DNA of 28,075 bases from the IMG/VR virus record IMGVR_UViG_3300025673_000013, positions 1 through 28,075 of that record; one strand, given 5' to 3'. A model generated the notes under the pieces. The model was not told the origin of the DNA and searched no databases. It saw only the letters and a list, made by a program, of their open reading frames with translations. Source of the stretch: a virus. Taxonomy: Duplodnaviria > Caudoviricetes. This document shows positions 14,813 to 23,469 of this stretch, piece after piece. Position 1 is the stretch's first letter; each line of letters starts with the position of its first letter. Position numbers and translations under genes: made by a program.

Positions 14813-16278
14813 CCGTTCAAACACAGGCGTGGGCTTTACGCGGTGGTTTAGATTTAGAATCACCCGCCATGTCTATCCCTGCTGGCAGGGCTATTGTTGC
14901 TCAGAACTATGAGGCGGCTGTGTCTGGTGGCTACAGGCGAATGGACGGGTATACTTTGTACGATGGTTCTTCCTCCCCCGCTGTGGTTGCTGGGTCAGGG
15001 GATGTTTTAGGTGTTTGGGAATACAACGATACTGTGTATGTATTTCGTAACAATGCCGCTGGCACAGCCTGTGTTATGCACAAATCAACTTCTTCTGGTT
15101 GGACAGTAGTTACTACACCCACGCTCGTAGCCAGTGGTAATTTTGAGTTTGTAAATCACAACTTCACGGGGTCTTCTGCCACAGAGAAGATGTATGGTGT
15201 TGACGGGAAGAATAAGGCGTTTCAATTTGATGGGACTACGTTCACCCAACTAACCACTGGCATGGCAACAGATACACCAACTCATGTTGGTGTTCATAAA
15301 AACCATCTGTTCCTATCTTTTGGAGGTGGATCAATACAACACTCTGGGGTTGGTGATCCGACTTCTTGGACACTGAACACGGGTGCGGGTGAGTTGGGTC
15401 TTGGCACAGAGATCACTAATATTGATTCCATGCGAGGAAATGCCTTAGTCATATCTGGTGAAGACAGGGTAAGTATTTTATATGGTACATCATCGGTGGA
15501 TTGGGACTTAAAATCATTTACGTCTGAGTTGGGTGTAATTGCCAACACCACGAAATTAATTGACGCGGGACTTGTTTGGTTTAATGGACGAAGTGTCACC
15601 TACTTGAGTACGACCCAACAGTTTGGTGACTTCAATACTGCGGCACTATCAACACCCATCACAACATTTTTAGAGTCTCGCCAAAGTTTGTCTGTTGGTG
15701 CGTCTGTAAATTACTCAAAAAATCAATATCGACTATTCTTCTCTGATAAAACCGCGATTGTTGCGACTTTAGTGAATAACAAAGTGGTCGGTTGGACGAC
15801 ATGGCTGTTAGCGCATACCCCAACGTCATTGTCTGACAATTACATGGGTTGCACTGATGGATCAGTGATGAAGTTAGACACAGGTACGTCATTCAACGGC
15901 ACTTCCATTGACTCATTTCTCAGATTGGCTTTTACATCTTTTAAAACACCGCACAAAAAGAAACGGTTTAGACGGATGATGTTAGAGATGGAATCTGGCA
16001 GTTCTGCGACTTTGAAATTACTTGCCGATTATGAGTTTGGTACACACGCATCCACAATATCTGACGATATAACAGTGACGGGAAGTGGTGCTTATTGGGA
16101 CACTAAAAACTGGGGTTCGTTTAACTGGTCAGCAAATATCGTGACGGAAATGGAAGCAATACTAAATGGGTCTGGTAGAAACATATCCGCATTAATTTAT
16201 CACAATAGTAGCACCGATCCATCGTTTACCATCCAAGGTGTCACAGTCAATTATTCAATACGAGGTCTGATTAGATGA
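14809..16278 (+). CDS. tail nozzle / DNA stabilisation protein (P22 gp10 or tubular protein B-like)
   Basis: N-terminal GGLDL, beta-propeller-like repeats, KKKRFRRM near the C-terminus, position after the adaptor. Confidence 0.7.
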   Translation: MTVQTQAWALRGGLDLESPAMSIPAGRAIVAQNYEAAVSGGYRRMDGYTLYDGSSSPAVVAGSGDVLGVWEYNDTVYVFRNNAAGTACVMHKSTSSGWTVVTTPTLVASGNFEFVNHNFTGSSATEKMYGVDGKNKAFQFDGTTFTQLTTGMATDTPTHVGVHKNHLFLSFGGGSIQHSGVGDPTSWTLNTGAGELGLGTEITNIDSMRGNALVISGEDRVSILYGTSSVDWDLKSFTSELGVIANTTKLIDAGLVWFNGRSVTYLSTTQQFGDFNTAALSTPITTFLESRQSLSVGASVNYSKNQYRLFFSDKTAIVATLVNNKVVGWTTWLLAHTPTSLSDNYMGCTDGSVMKLDTGTSFNGTSIDSFLRLAFTSFKTPHKKKRFRRMMLEMESGSSATLKLLADYEFGTHASTISDDITVTGSGAYWDTKNWGSFNWSANIVTEMEAILNGSGRNISALIYHNSSTDPSFTIQGVTVNYSIRGLIR

Positions 16279-19200
16279 GCAACTTCTTTACAAAACCTAC
16301 CGACTTGGTTGCTGGAACAACGGCTAGAGCAAACGACATAAATGACCGTGTTGATGCGACAGAAACGGGGTTCGACAATGCTGAGTTATTAACGACACGA
16401 TCAATTAAACTCCCTGTCGGCACAACAGCAGATCAGCTTATTTCTGAGTCTGCGGCTAATCGAGCAAGTAAGACTATTGGGTTCGATACATCTGGTGACT
16501 TGGTGCTTTACTCACCTTATAACTGGCAAGGCGATTGGACTACGACCACCGCTTATGCTCTCCACGACACTGTTCGGGATGCCTCCACCAAGAATTTATA
16601 CTTCTGTATGGTGGTTCATACCTCTGGCACATTCGCCACAGACTTAGCGGCAAGCAAGTGGTCATTGGCAATCAATGTAGCTGATGTTGAGACTGCAAAA
16701 ACTGCGGCAGAACTTGCTGAGACAAATGCTGAGACTGCCCAAACTGCGGCAGAACTTGCTGAAACAAATGCTGAGACCGCAGAAACGGGGGCTGTCACTG
16801 CGAAAACTGCGGCAGAGACAGCAAAAACTGGAGCAGAGACAGCAAAAACTGGAGCAGAGACAGCAAAAACTGCGGCAGAGACCGCAAAAACTGCGGCAGA
16901 GACCGCAAAAACTGGAGCAGAAACGGCTGAAACTGGGGCAGTTACCGCGAAGACAGCGAGTGAAACTGCAAAGACTGCATCTGAAACCGCAAAGACTGCA
17001 TCTGAAACCGCAAAAACGGGTGCTGAGACAGCGGAGACTAATGCCGCAACATCTGCGTCTACAGCAACCACTCAAGCGACTAATGCCGCAACATCTGCGT
17101 CTACAGCAACCACTCAAGCCTCAAACGCATCTACATCTGCGACTAATGCGGCAACTTCAGCGACTACTGCCAACACAGCTAAAGTAGCGGCACAAGCGGC
17201 TCAGACTGCGGCAGAGTTAGCGGCAGATACTTTTGAGGATATTTATCTAGGTGCTAAAGCATCTAACCCAACTGTTGATAATGACGGTGACGCATTAACT
17301 ACTGGTGATTTGTACTTCAACACCACTTCAGATGAGATGAAAGTTTGGAATGGCTCTAACTGGATTGTCGCGGCTGTGTCTGCGGCTAGTGTTTTAGCCC
17401 TTTCAGGTGGTGCGATGACGGGGGCAATTACCACTTCTTCCACGTTTGACGGTAGGGATGTTGCGACAGACGGCACAAAACTAGATGGTATTGAAACATC
17501 AGCTACAGCAGATCAAACGGGCGCAGAGATTAAAACTTTGTACCAAGCTGAAGCAAATGCTTTTACAGATACTAAGAATACGAAACTAACGGGCATAGCA
17601 ACCAGTGCTAATAATTACACGCATCCTAATCATTCTGGTGATGTAGTTTCGACAGGAGATGGGGCAACGGTTATTCAAACTGGCGCAGTAGATATTGCGA
17701 TGTTGTCGGCTACAGGAACAGCGTCAGGTACAACTTTCCTACGGGGAGATAATACATGGGTTGTTCCAACTGATACTGATACGGTTTATACACATCCTAC
17801 AGGTGCGGGTAATAAACACATCCCATCTGGTGGTGCATCGGGAAATGTCTTAACTTATAGTTCTTCTGGCACTGCAACTTGGAACGCACCTGCGGCTGGT
17901 GGTGCAACTGATGTTGATGGGCTTAGTGATGCAAAAGTTATCAATACTAACAGCTACGCAATAGGAACTGATGCTCTCAGTGCAGGGACAACTAGCACAA
18001 AAACGACTTGTTTTGGATACTTTGCGGGGAAAGACACCACTACGGGGTACTCAAATACTTTTTTGGGATCTGAGGCTGGGAGGAAAACTACCACAGGGTA
18101 TTCTAACATTGGAATTGGAGACTCCGCGTTAAATGGTGCAACTGGGTCTGCCGCTTATCAGAATATTGCTATCGGTCAGTGGGCGTTAGGGTATAACGCC
18201 ACTGTAGGAAACCAAAACGTATGTGTTGGAAACAGTGCAATGACTGCTAACTCTGGTGGGAATGGAAATGTTGGGGTGGGTAATGGCACTCTTAACGCTG
18301 TTACCACTGGCGATTACAACGTGGCTATTGGTCATCAGGCTGGGCAATATCTCACAACGGGAGATGACAACTTCATATCGGGTAGAAGCACTGGCGCGGC
18401 AATGACTACCGCATCAGACAATATCATTTTTGGGAGACACACAGCTTACGAACTTACGACTGGTGGTCACAACATCATGATAGGGAGTGAAGCTGGGAGG
18501 GGGCAAACAACCGCAAATAATGGTATAAGTATCGGAAAAAACTGTGGTAGGAACTACACAGGAAGCGACAACATAGCGATTGGTACAAGCGCTATGTCGA
18601 ATGGGTCGCCCTCTTCCGAAAACGTCGCGATTGGTGCTTACGCTTTAGAGGATGTGTCTAACTCAGGTAATGTTGGAGTGGGGCATGGTGCGCTGAAACA
18701 AGTTACTACTGGGTATTCTAATACTGGGGTAGGCAAATGGGTGCTTCAGGGTTGTACTACGGGGTTTTACAACTGTGCTATTGGTGATTACGCTGGTGGG
18801 TATATCACAACTGGGACTTACAATCTTGCGTTTGGTCGGGTGGCTCTTGTCGGTGCGTCTGGCAACTTCACAGGGTCACATAATATAGGTTTTGGTTTCC
18901 AATCTGGATACGGTTTAACAACTGGACAACACAATCTCCTTTTTGGATATGATGCTGGAAAGGTTCTAACTACGGGTTCTACCAATACTCTTTTAGGTAA
19001 GGGGGCGGGTGATGCAATCACTACTGGGAGCAATAACGTCATCATTGGTGATTACGCTGGGACAACAACATTAGCTGACACCGTAGCAATCTACGCTGGC
19101 ACGACTGAGCGTATGAAGATTGATAGCACGGGATTAACCGTCAATGGCGAGTCTGTTGGGTATTTAAACATACCCAAGTCGGGGTCATCTAAAACGTCAA

Positions 19201-19472
19201 GTTACACGCTGGCAACAACGGATATTGGAGAATTGATTGAGGTTGGGTCAAGTGGGTCAATCACCATTCCTAATTCCGTATTCTCAACTGGGGATGTGGT
19301 TTTAATCTTCAATAACACATCGGGTGATATAACTCTGACTTGCTCAATCACAACTGCGTACATCGGTGGCACTAACACAGATGAAGCATCCATAACTTTA
19401 GCCACAAGAGGAATATGCAATGTTCTGTTTATTAGCGGAACAGTCTGTGTGGTCACAGGGAACGTATCATGA
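16275..19472 (+). CDS. tail fibre protein with heptad stalk and YadA-head-like beta-roll repeats
   Basis: AETAKT(A/G) heptads, DNDGDAL..GDLYFN module, YTHP motifs, many TTGxxNxAIG repeats. Confidence 0.88.
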   Translation: MSNFFTKPTDLVAGTTARANDINDRVDATETGFDNAELLTTRSIKLPVGTTADQLISESAANRASKTIGFDTSGDLVLYSPYNWQGDWTTTTAYALHDTVRDASTKNLYFCMVVHTSGTFATDLAASKWSLAINVADVETAKTAAELAETNAETAQTAAELAETNAETAETGAVTAKTAAETAKTGAETAKTGAETAKTAAETAKTAAETAKTGAETAETGAVTAKTASETAKTASETAKTASETAKTGAETAETNAATSASTATTQATNAATSASTATTQASNASTSATNAATSATTANTAKVAAQAAQTAAELAADTFEDIYLGAKASNPTVDNDGDALTTGDLYFNTTSDEMKVWNGSNWIVAAVSAASVLALSGGAMTGAITTSSTFDGRDVATDGTKLDGIETSATADQTGAEIKTLYQAEANAFTDTKNTKLTGIATSANNYTHPNHSGDVVSTGDGATVIQTGAVDIAMLSATGTASGTTFLRGDNTWVVPTDTDTVYTHPTGAGNKHIPSGGASGNVLTYSSSGTATWNAPAAGGATDVDGLSDAKVINTNSYAIGTDALSAGTTSTKTTCFGYFAGKDTTTGYSNTFLGSEAGRKTTTGYSNIGIGDSALNGATGSAAYQNIAIGQWALGYNATVGNQNVCVGNSAMTANSGGNGNVGVGNGTLNAVTTGDYNVAIGHQAGQYLTTGDDNFISGRSTGAAMTTASDNIIFGRHTAYELTTGGHNIMIGSEAGRGQTTANNGISIGKNCGRNYTGSDNIAIGTSAMSNGSPSSENVAIGAYALEDVSNSGNVGVGHGALKQVTTGYSNTGVGKWVLQGCTTGFYNCAIGDYAGGYITTGTYNLAFGRVALVGASGNFTGSHNIGFGFQSGYGLTTGQHNLLFGYDAGKVLTTGSTNTLLGKGAGDAITTGSNNVIIGDYAGTTTLADTVAIYAGTTERMKIDSTGLTVNGESVGYLNIPKSGSSKTSSYTLATTDIGELIEVGSSGSITIPNSVFSTGDVVLIFNNTSGDITLTCSITTAYIGGTNTDEASITLATRGICNVLFISGTVCVVTGNVS
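16690..17035 (+). repeat. 21-bp-period tandem repeats (AETAKTA/G heptads)
   Basis: Units such as GCAGAGACAGCAAAAACTGGA and GCAGAGACCGCAAAAACTGCG, plus two near-identical 42-bp units at the start. Confidence 0.9.
17036..17119 (+). repeat. exact 42-bp tandem duplication
   Basis: GACTAATGCCGCAACATCTGCGTCTACAGCAACCACTCAAGC occurs twice. Confidence 0.92.
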
Positions 19473-20263
19473 GTGGGATAATGTTAGCCTCCGTAGGTAA
19501 TAGTTATGGTTCTTATGCTGTTGGTCAGGATGCTTACACAAGTCAAGGAACATACTCGTGGGTATGCCCAGACGATGTGTCTTCAATTTCAGTCTTATGT
19601 GTCGGTGCGGGGGGTTTTGGTGGTGGTGGTTTAGGTTACAAAAATAATATAGCTGTGACATCTGGAACATCTTACACTGTTAGGGTCGGGCCTCATCTGT
19701 CTGCCGCTAGTAATAATGCGCCCGCTGGGGATTCTTATTTTGTATCAACGTCAACAGTAAAAGGTGGTGGCGGGTCGGGTTCTTCGGGCGGTACTTACAC
19801 AGGTGACGGAGGTGGTAATGGGGGGTCTAAATACGGTGGTGCTGGTGGTGGTGCTGGTGGGTATTCTGGCAATGGGGGTAGTGGCGGTACCTCCCCTTCT
19901 GGTGGTGCTGGTGGTGGCGGTACTACTTCAGGTTTGTGTGGTCATGGGTCGGGGGGTGGAGGTGTAGGCATCTTGGGTGAAGGGAGTAGCGGGTCGCATC
20001 AAGGGTGGGCTTCTTCAGTATATGGTCAAAGTATGCCAGCGGGTGGCGGAGGTTCTGGTGGGTATTCTGGTGGTGGTACTACTAATTGTGCTTATAGCGG
20101 AGGATACAGTTACCACAATGGTGGTGGAGGTGGGTCTTACGGTGGTGGAGGTGGTGAGGGATTTGGTAAACCACACGGCTATACTGGTAAGGGAGCAGTT
20201 AGGATTCTTTATCCCGGACACTTGAGATCATTTCCATCCACACGAACAACGGATGAATCATAA
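19469..20263 (+). CDS. glycine-rich tail-fibre-associated protein
   Basis: GTYSWVCPxxVSSISVLCVGAGG start, poly-Gly tracts, GAVRI..PG end. ATGA overlap with the fibre gene. Confidence 0.85.
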   Translation: MSGIMLASVGNSYGSYAVGQDAYTSQGTYSWVCPDDVSSISVLCVGAGGFGGGGLGYKNNIAVTSGTSYTVRVGPHLSAASNNAPAGDSYFVSTSTVKGGGGSGSSGGTYTGDGGGNGGSKYGGAGGGAGGYSGNGGSGGTSPSGGAGGGGTTSGLCGHGSGGGGVGILGEGSSGSHQGWASSVYGQSMPAGGGGSGGYSGGGTTNCAYSGGYSYHNGGGGGSYGGGGGEGFGKPHGYTGKGAVRILYPGHLRSFPSTRTTDES

Positions 20264-20718
20264 TGAAATTATTTATCCAAATTAGAGATGGCATAACTTT
20301 TGAACATCCTGTTATGGAAGATAATATGCGGCAATTGTTCCCAGAGCATGATTTAGAAACCGCACCAGATGGATTTGCCAAGTTTACTAGGGTTGAAAGA
20401 CCTAACCTATCGCCATACGAAAAGGTTGACCCAGAACAGGGTCATGAGGGTTGTGGGTGTGTTTATGAATCGGATGATACCGGTGGATTCAAGGATGTGT
20501 GGCACATTATTCCCATGACTGTAGGAGAAAAAGCCGAAAAGGTATCCCGTGTAAAAGGGGAGTGTCCCTACGCGTCTTGGATATTTAAGGAAGAAGATTG
20601 CACTATGAACCCCCCGTTAGATCGTCCGACAGATGGTAAAGACTACAGGTGGGATGAGGAGACGATTTCTTGGGTTGAGAGGCGGGAGTCAGACTTACCG
20701 ACCGATGATGATACCTAG
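20263..20718 (+). CDS. putative tail fibre assembly/accessory protein
   Basis: C-terminal PYASW...PPLDRPTDGKDYRWDEETISW, typical of genes that follow Gly-rich fibre proteins. Confidence 0.75.
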   Translation: MKLFIQIRDGITFEHPVMEDNMRQLFPEHDLETAPDGFAKFTRVERPNLSPYEKVDPEQGHEGCGCVYESDDTGGFKDVWHIIPMTVGEKAEKVSRVKGECPYASWIFKEEDCTMNPPLDRPTDGKDYRWDEETISWVERRESDLPTDDDT

Positions 20719-20875
20719 TTGGGTGAACGACAGACGAAATTTGTGTATTAAATGTGAAGCGAAAAAAACTATATTTGGTGTGGATAGGTGTTCTGGATGT
20801 GGTTGTGTGATTAAAGGAAAAACCTTGTTAAAGAATCAAAAATGCCCCAAAGGCAAATGGAATAAACACTTTTAA
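20705..20875 (+). CDS. small Cys-rich protein (DUF6171-like)
   Basis: RxxxCxxC...CxxCGCxxxxK......CPxGKW motif. Start revised from 20633 and uncertain. Confidence 0.7.
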   Translation: MMIPSWVNDRRNLCIKCEAKKTIFGVDRCSGCGCVIKGKTLLKNQKCPKGKWNKHF

Positions 20876-20898
20876 AAATTAAACCGTAAGGAACAAAA

Positions 20899-21156
20899 AT
20901 GAGAACTTTAACCACTCCAATTATTGAAACTAATACGGCAAAAACAGTTCAGCTCACTGGCTTTGTTGATAACCGTGAAGAGGGCAGAGTGGAGATTCAT
21001 TATATGATTCTTCTTGAAGATGGCACTCCATTCAAGCGCAATGTGCTGACTTTTGAAGGTGATGATATTACAGCTTTTTACGCTGGCATTGGAGTCGATT
21101 TTGAAGGTCAAGTCAAAGAAGCACTGTACGCTAAACTACTAGCAAGTTTAGGTTAA
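20899..21156 (+). CDS. hypothetical protein (85 aa)
   Basis: TAAGGA RBS, ORF track. Confidence 0.8.
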   Translation: MRTLTTPIIETNTAKTVQLTGFVDNREEGRVEIHYMILLEDGTPFKRNVLTFEGDDITAFYAGIGVDFEGQVKEALYAKLLASLG

Positions 21157-21163
21157 GGCTTAG

Positions 21164-21607
21164 ATGTTAGCTGAACTCGCTATTGCCAATGCCGCGTTTG
21201 AGGTCATTCGGACTGCTGTCTCCAATGGCAAAGAAGTCTGGGAGTTGGGAGATCATTTATCCAAGTTTTCTGATGCTGGTCGAGAGATTGACCACAAAGC
21301 TAGGCTAGCTAAGAAAGGTTCAGAACAAGAGTCTGATTTAGAAATATTCATGGCTCAAGAAGCCATGCGGAACAAGCGAGATCAACTTAAAGAACTCATG
21401 GTCAGGACGCGCCACATGATGTGGGACGACTTCTTACGATTTGAAGGTGAACAGCAGAAAGCCAGACTTAAAGCACAGCGTGATGAAGAGCGACAGCGAG
21501 AAGAGAGAACTGATTTTATCATGACCTGTGTCGCTTGGATTGTTGCTTTTCTGATTCTTGCAGGGTCGTTGGTGGGTGGACTTAAACTTATTATCGGGAT
21601 GAAATAA
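21164..21607 (+). CDS. coiled-coil protein with C-terminal transmembrane helix
   Basis: Charged helical region, then FIMTCVAWIVAFLILAGSLVGGL. Confidence 0.8.
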   Translation: MLAELAIANAAFEVIRTAVSNGKEVWELGDHLSKFSDAGREIDHKARLAKKGSEQESDLEIFMAQEAMRNKRDQLKELMVRTRHMMWDDFLRFEGEQQKARLKAQRDEERQREERTDFIMTCVAWIVAFLILAGSLVGGLKLIIGMK

Positions 21608-21798
21608 TGGACGAGAGGTCTTGCAGTCAGATGGAAACCACAATTAAGATTCACAAACAGCGAATCGATGAGTTGGAAAGGACTCTCGATGACATTCATA
21701 CCCAATTGACCCAAATCAAGGGGGGGGTGTACGGGGCTTGCGGGTATGCATTAGCCTCGCAGTTGGGGTGGCTCGATGCCATCACTCTAGTGAAATGA
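21607..21798 (+). CDS. XhlA/holin-like small protein
   Basis: Short coiled coil (HKQRIDELERTLDDIHTQLTQIK) followed by a moderately hydrophobic tail. Confidence 0.55.
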   Translation: MDERSCSQMETTIKIHKQRIDELERTLDDIHTQLTQIKGGVYGACGYALASQLGWLDAITLVK

Positions 21799-21911
21799 AG
21801 GAGTACTGGGAGACTGTCGTGACTATGTTCTGGCTGATTTTCTTAGCGGCTCTTGGGAGTTCATTAGCGGTGTTTATCTTACAAGAGATTATAGGGGTGT
21901 TCTATGTTTAA
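21795..21911 (+). CDS. small single-TM protein (38 aa)
   Basis: MKEYWETVVTMFWLIFLAALGSSLAVFILQEIIGVFYV*. ATGA overlap, fills the gap between neighbours. Confidence 0.6.
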   Translation: MKEYWETVVTMFWLIFLAALGSSLAVFILQEIIGVFYV

Positions 21912-22272
21912 AGGTACGTTGAATATTGAGGCTGTGGCTGGGGAGGATGCATACATCCTGATGTCCCCAATAACGTATGTTACAAACGATGGGGATGATG
22001 TGGTGATCCCGAAGGGGTTTAAAACTAATTTTGCCTCAGTCCCTAACGTAGCCAAGGTCTACGTTGATGACAACAGTCACTTCATCAGACTACCGTCAGT
22101 TGCCCACGATTTCTTATATTCAAAAGAGTCTGCGTATTTAGGTTTTACACGTAAACAAGCAGACTTTGTGCTTTTAACAGCAATGCAAGAACAGGGGATG
22201 CGGCCAAGCAAGGCTCTCCTTATTTATTATATTTTAAGAGTCTTTGGAGGACGCAACTATGAAAAGCGTTAG
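21904..22272 (+). CDS. DUF1353-family protein
   Basis: IPKGFKTNFASVP...SVAHDFLY...TRKQAD...MxxxG...RVFG. Confidence 0.88.
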   Translation: MFKGTLNIEAVAGEDAYILMSPITYVTNDGDDVVIPKGFKTNFASVPNVAKVYVDDNSHFIRLPSVAHDFLYSKESAYLGFTRKQADFVLLTAMQEQGMRPSKALLIYYILRVFGGRNYEKR

Positions 22273-22483
22273 TTTATTACTGTGCTTGGGTTTTTTAACG
22301 GGGTGTTCGGTCACACAGTCTATTGCAGGGAAGGCCGCGAATTTCGCAGTTAGTTCTTATTGCAAAATCCCAAGTGGTACTCTTGGGAGAAAAGGAATTA
22401 GAAAGACTTTTAATGAGGCCACGGCCCCTAACACAGTTTTGATTGAATGTTCCTCAGACAAGGAGGCCCAAGGTGGCAACTAG
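22259..22483 (+). CDS. small lipoprotein (74 aa)
   Basis: GGAGG RBS. MKSVSLLLCLGFLTG-C lipobox, two further Cys in the mature part. Confidence 0.75.
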   Translation: MKSVSLLLCLGFLTGCSVTQSIAGKAANFAVSSYCKIPSGTLGRKGIRKTFNEATAPNTVLIECSSDKEAQGGN

Positions 22484-23468
22484 TACACAGTTAGATTACG
22501 GGGTCGGCAACAACACTGGCGGCCTGATGAATTATACCCAACCGACAGAGATTAAACCGCTCCCAGCACTTGGGACGTTGCAAACGTCTGGCACACAGGC
22601 GGCTACAGTCCAAGGTCAGATGGACAACCTGCTGAAGAACGACAGCCCTTTAATGCAGAGAGCAACTACCAGAGCATCCCAAGCGGCAAATAAGCGGGGG
22701 TTATTAAATTCAAGTATGGCAGTCCAATCTGGTCAAGAGGCGGCTTTAACTGCCGCGTTACCCATTGCACAAGCAGATGCGAAGGCATATCAGGCACAGG
22801 GTCTTGCTAACCAAAATGCCATGAACACGTTTGGCACTGCGGCACAGGCACAGGACTACAAGACAACATCGGCAGACCAAGCGTATTCCCAACAACTGGG
22901 TACTGGAGACTACTCCACTACTAAAGTTACCGACCCCACTACAGGCGAGGTTACAGCGGGTGGGATTGGCGGTGGTGGTCTTCTACAATCTAAAGCTAAT
23001 ATCGACACCGCGGCTAGAGATCAACTGTATGAGCAAACAGTGGGAACTGGTGGCTATGCTAATTTAGCCGAGGGTGCAACAGTACCAGCGAATCATATTG
23101 GTGGTGGTGGTACAGTCACGGCTAAGAATGATGCCCTTATGAAAACACAAGATGACGTTCAACTTCATGAGACTGCTATGAAAGGATTGGATGAATCTAT
23201 GCGCGGAAACTTACTAACCCTTGAGTCAAACTTTAACTCGTTAGCACAGACCTCACGATCTGCGGCAACTATCTATTCCTCGTTTCTAACATCACTTGTG
23301 GCAGTACAGCAAGATGCCACATTATCCCCAGAGGCTAAGACCACAGTTATTGCCGATGTCTGGCGAAAAGCTGAGGACTCAATCGAGGTTCTAATGTCGT
23401 TTGACTCTGCGGCTCTGGGTGTTCAACAGCAAGTTTCTGACTTACAAAGTACAGCTATAGGGGCTTAA
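22473..23468 (+). CDS. putative internal virion / DNA ejection protein (331 aa, GTG start)
   Basis: AGGAGG RBS at 22461-22466. TVQGQ..DSPLMQRA..RGLLNSSMA..ALPIAQADA motif, rich in Gln/Ala/Gly/Thr, no Cys. Confidence 0.7.
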   Translation: MATSTQLDYGVGNNTGGLMNYTQPTEIKPLPALGTLQTSGTQAATVQGQMDNLLKNDSPLMQRATTRASQAANKRGLLNSSMAVQSGQEAALTAALPIAQADAKAYQAQGLANQNAMNTFGTAAQAQDYKTTSADQAYSQQLGTGDYSTTKVTDPTTGEVTAGGIGGGGLLQSKANIDTAARDQLYEQTVGTGGYANLAEGATVPANHIGGGGTVTAKNDALMKTQDDVQLHETAMKGLDESMRGNLLTLESNFNSLAQTSRSAATIYSSFLTSLVAVQQDATLSPEAKTTVIADVWRKAEDSIEVLMSFDSAALGVQQQVSDLQSTAIGA

Positions 23469-23469
23469 T

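Noticed and set aside
16616-17187. Three overlapping 151-167 aa ORFs in alternative frames
   Set aside because: By-products of the stop-free 21-bp repeats in the tail fibre.
17930-20263. Diversity-generating retroelement target in the tail genes
   Set aside because: No reverse transcriptase, and no template/variable repeat pair differing at adenines. The 127-bp repeat is exact and both copies are coding.
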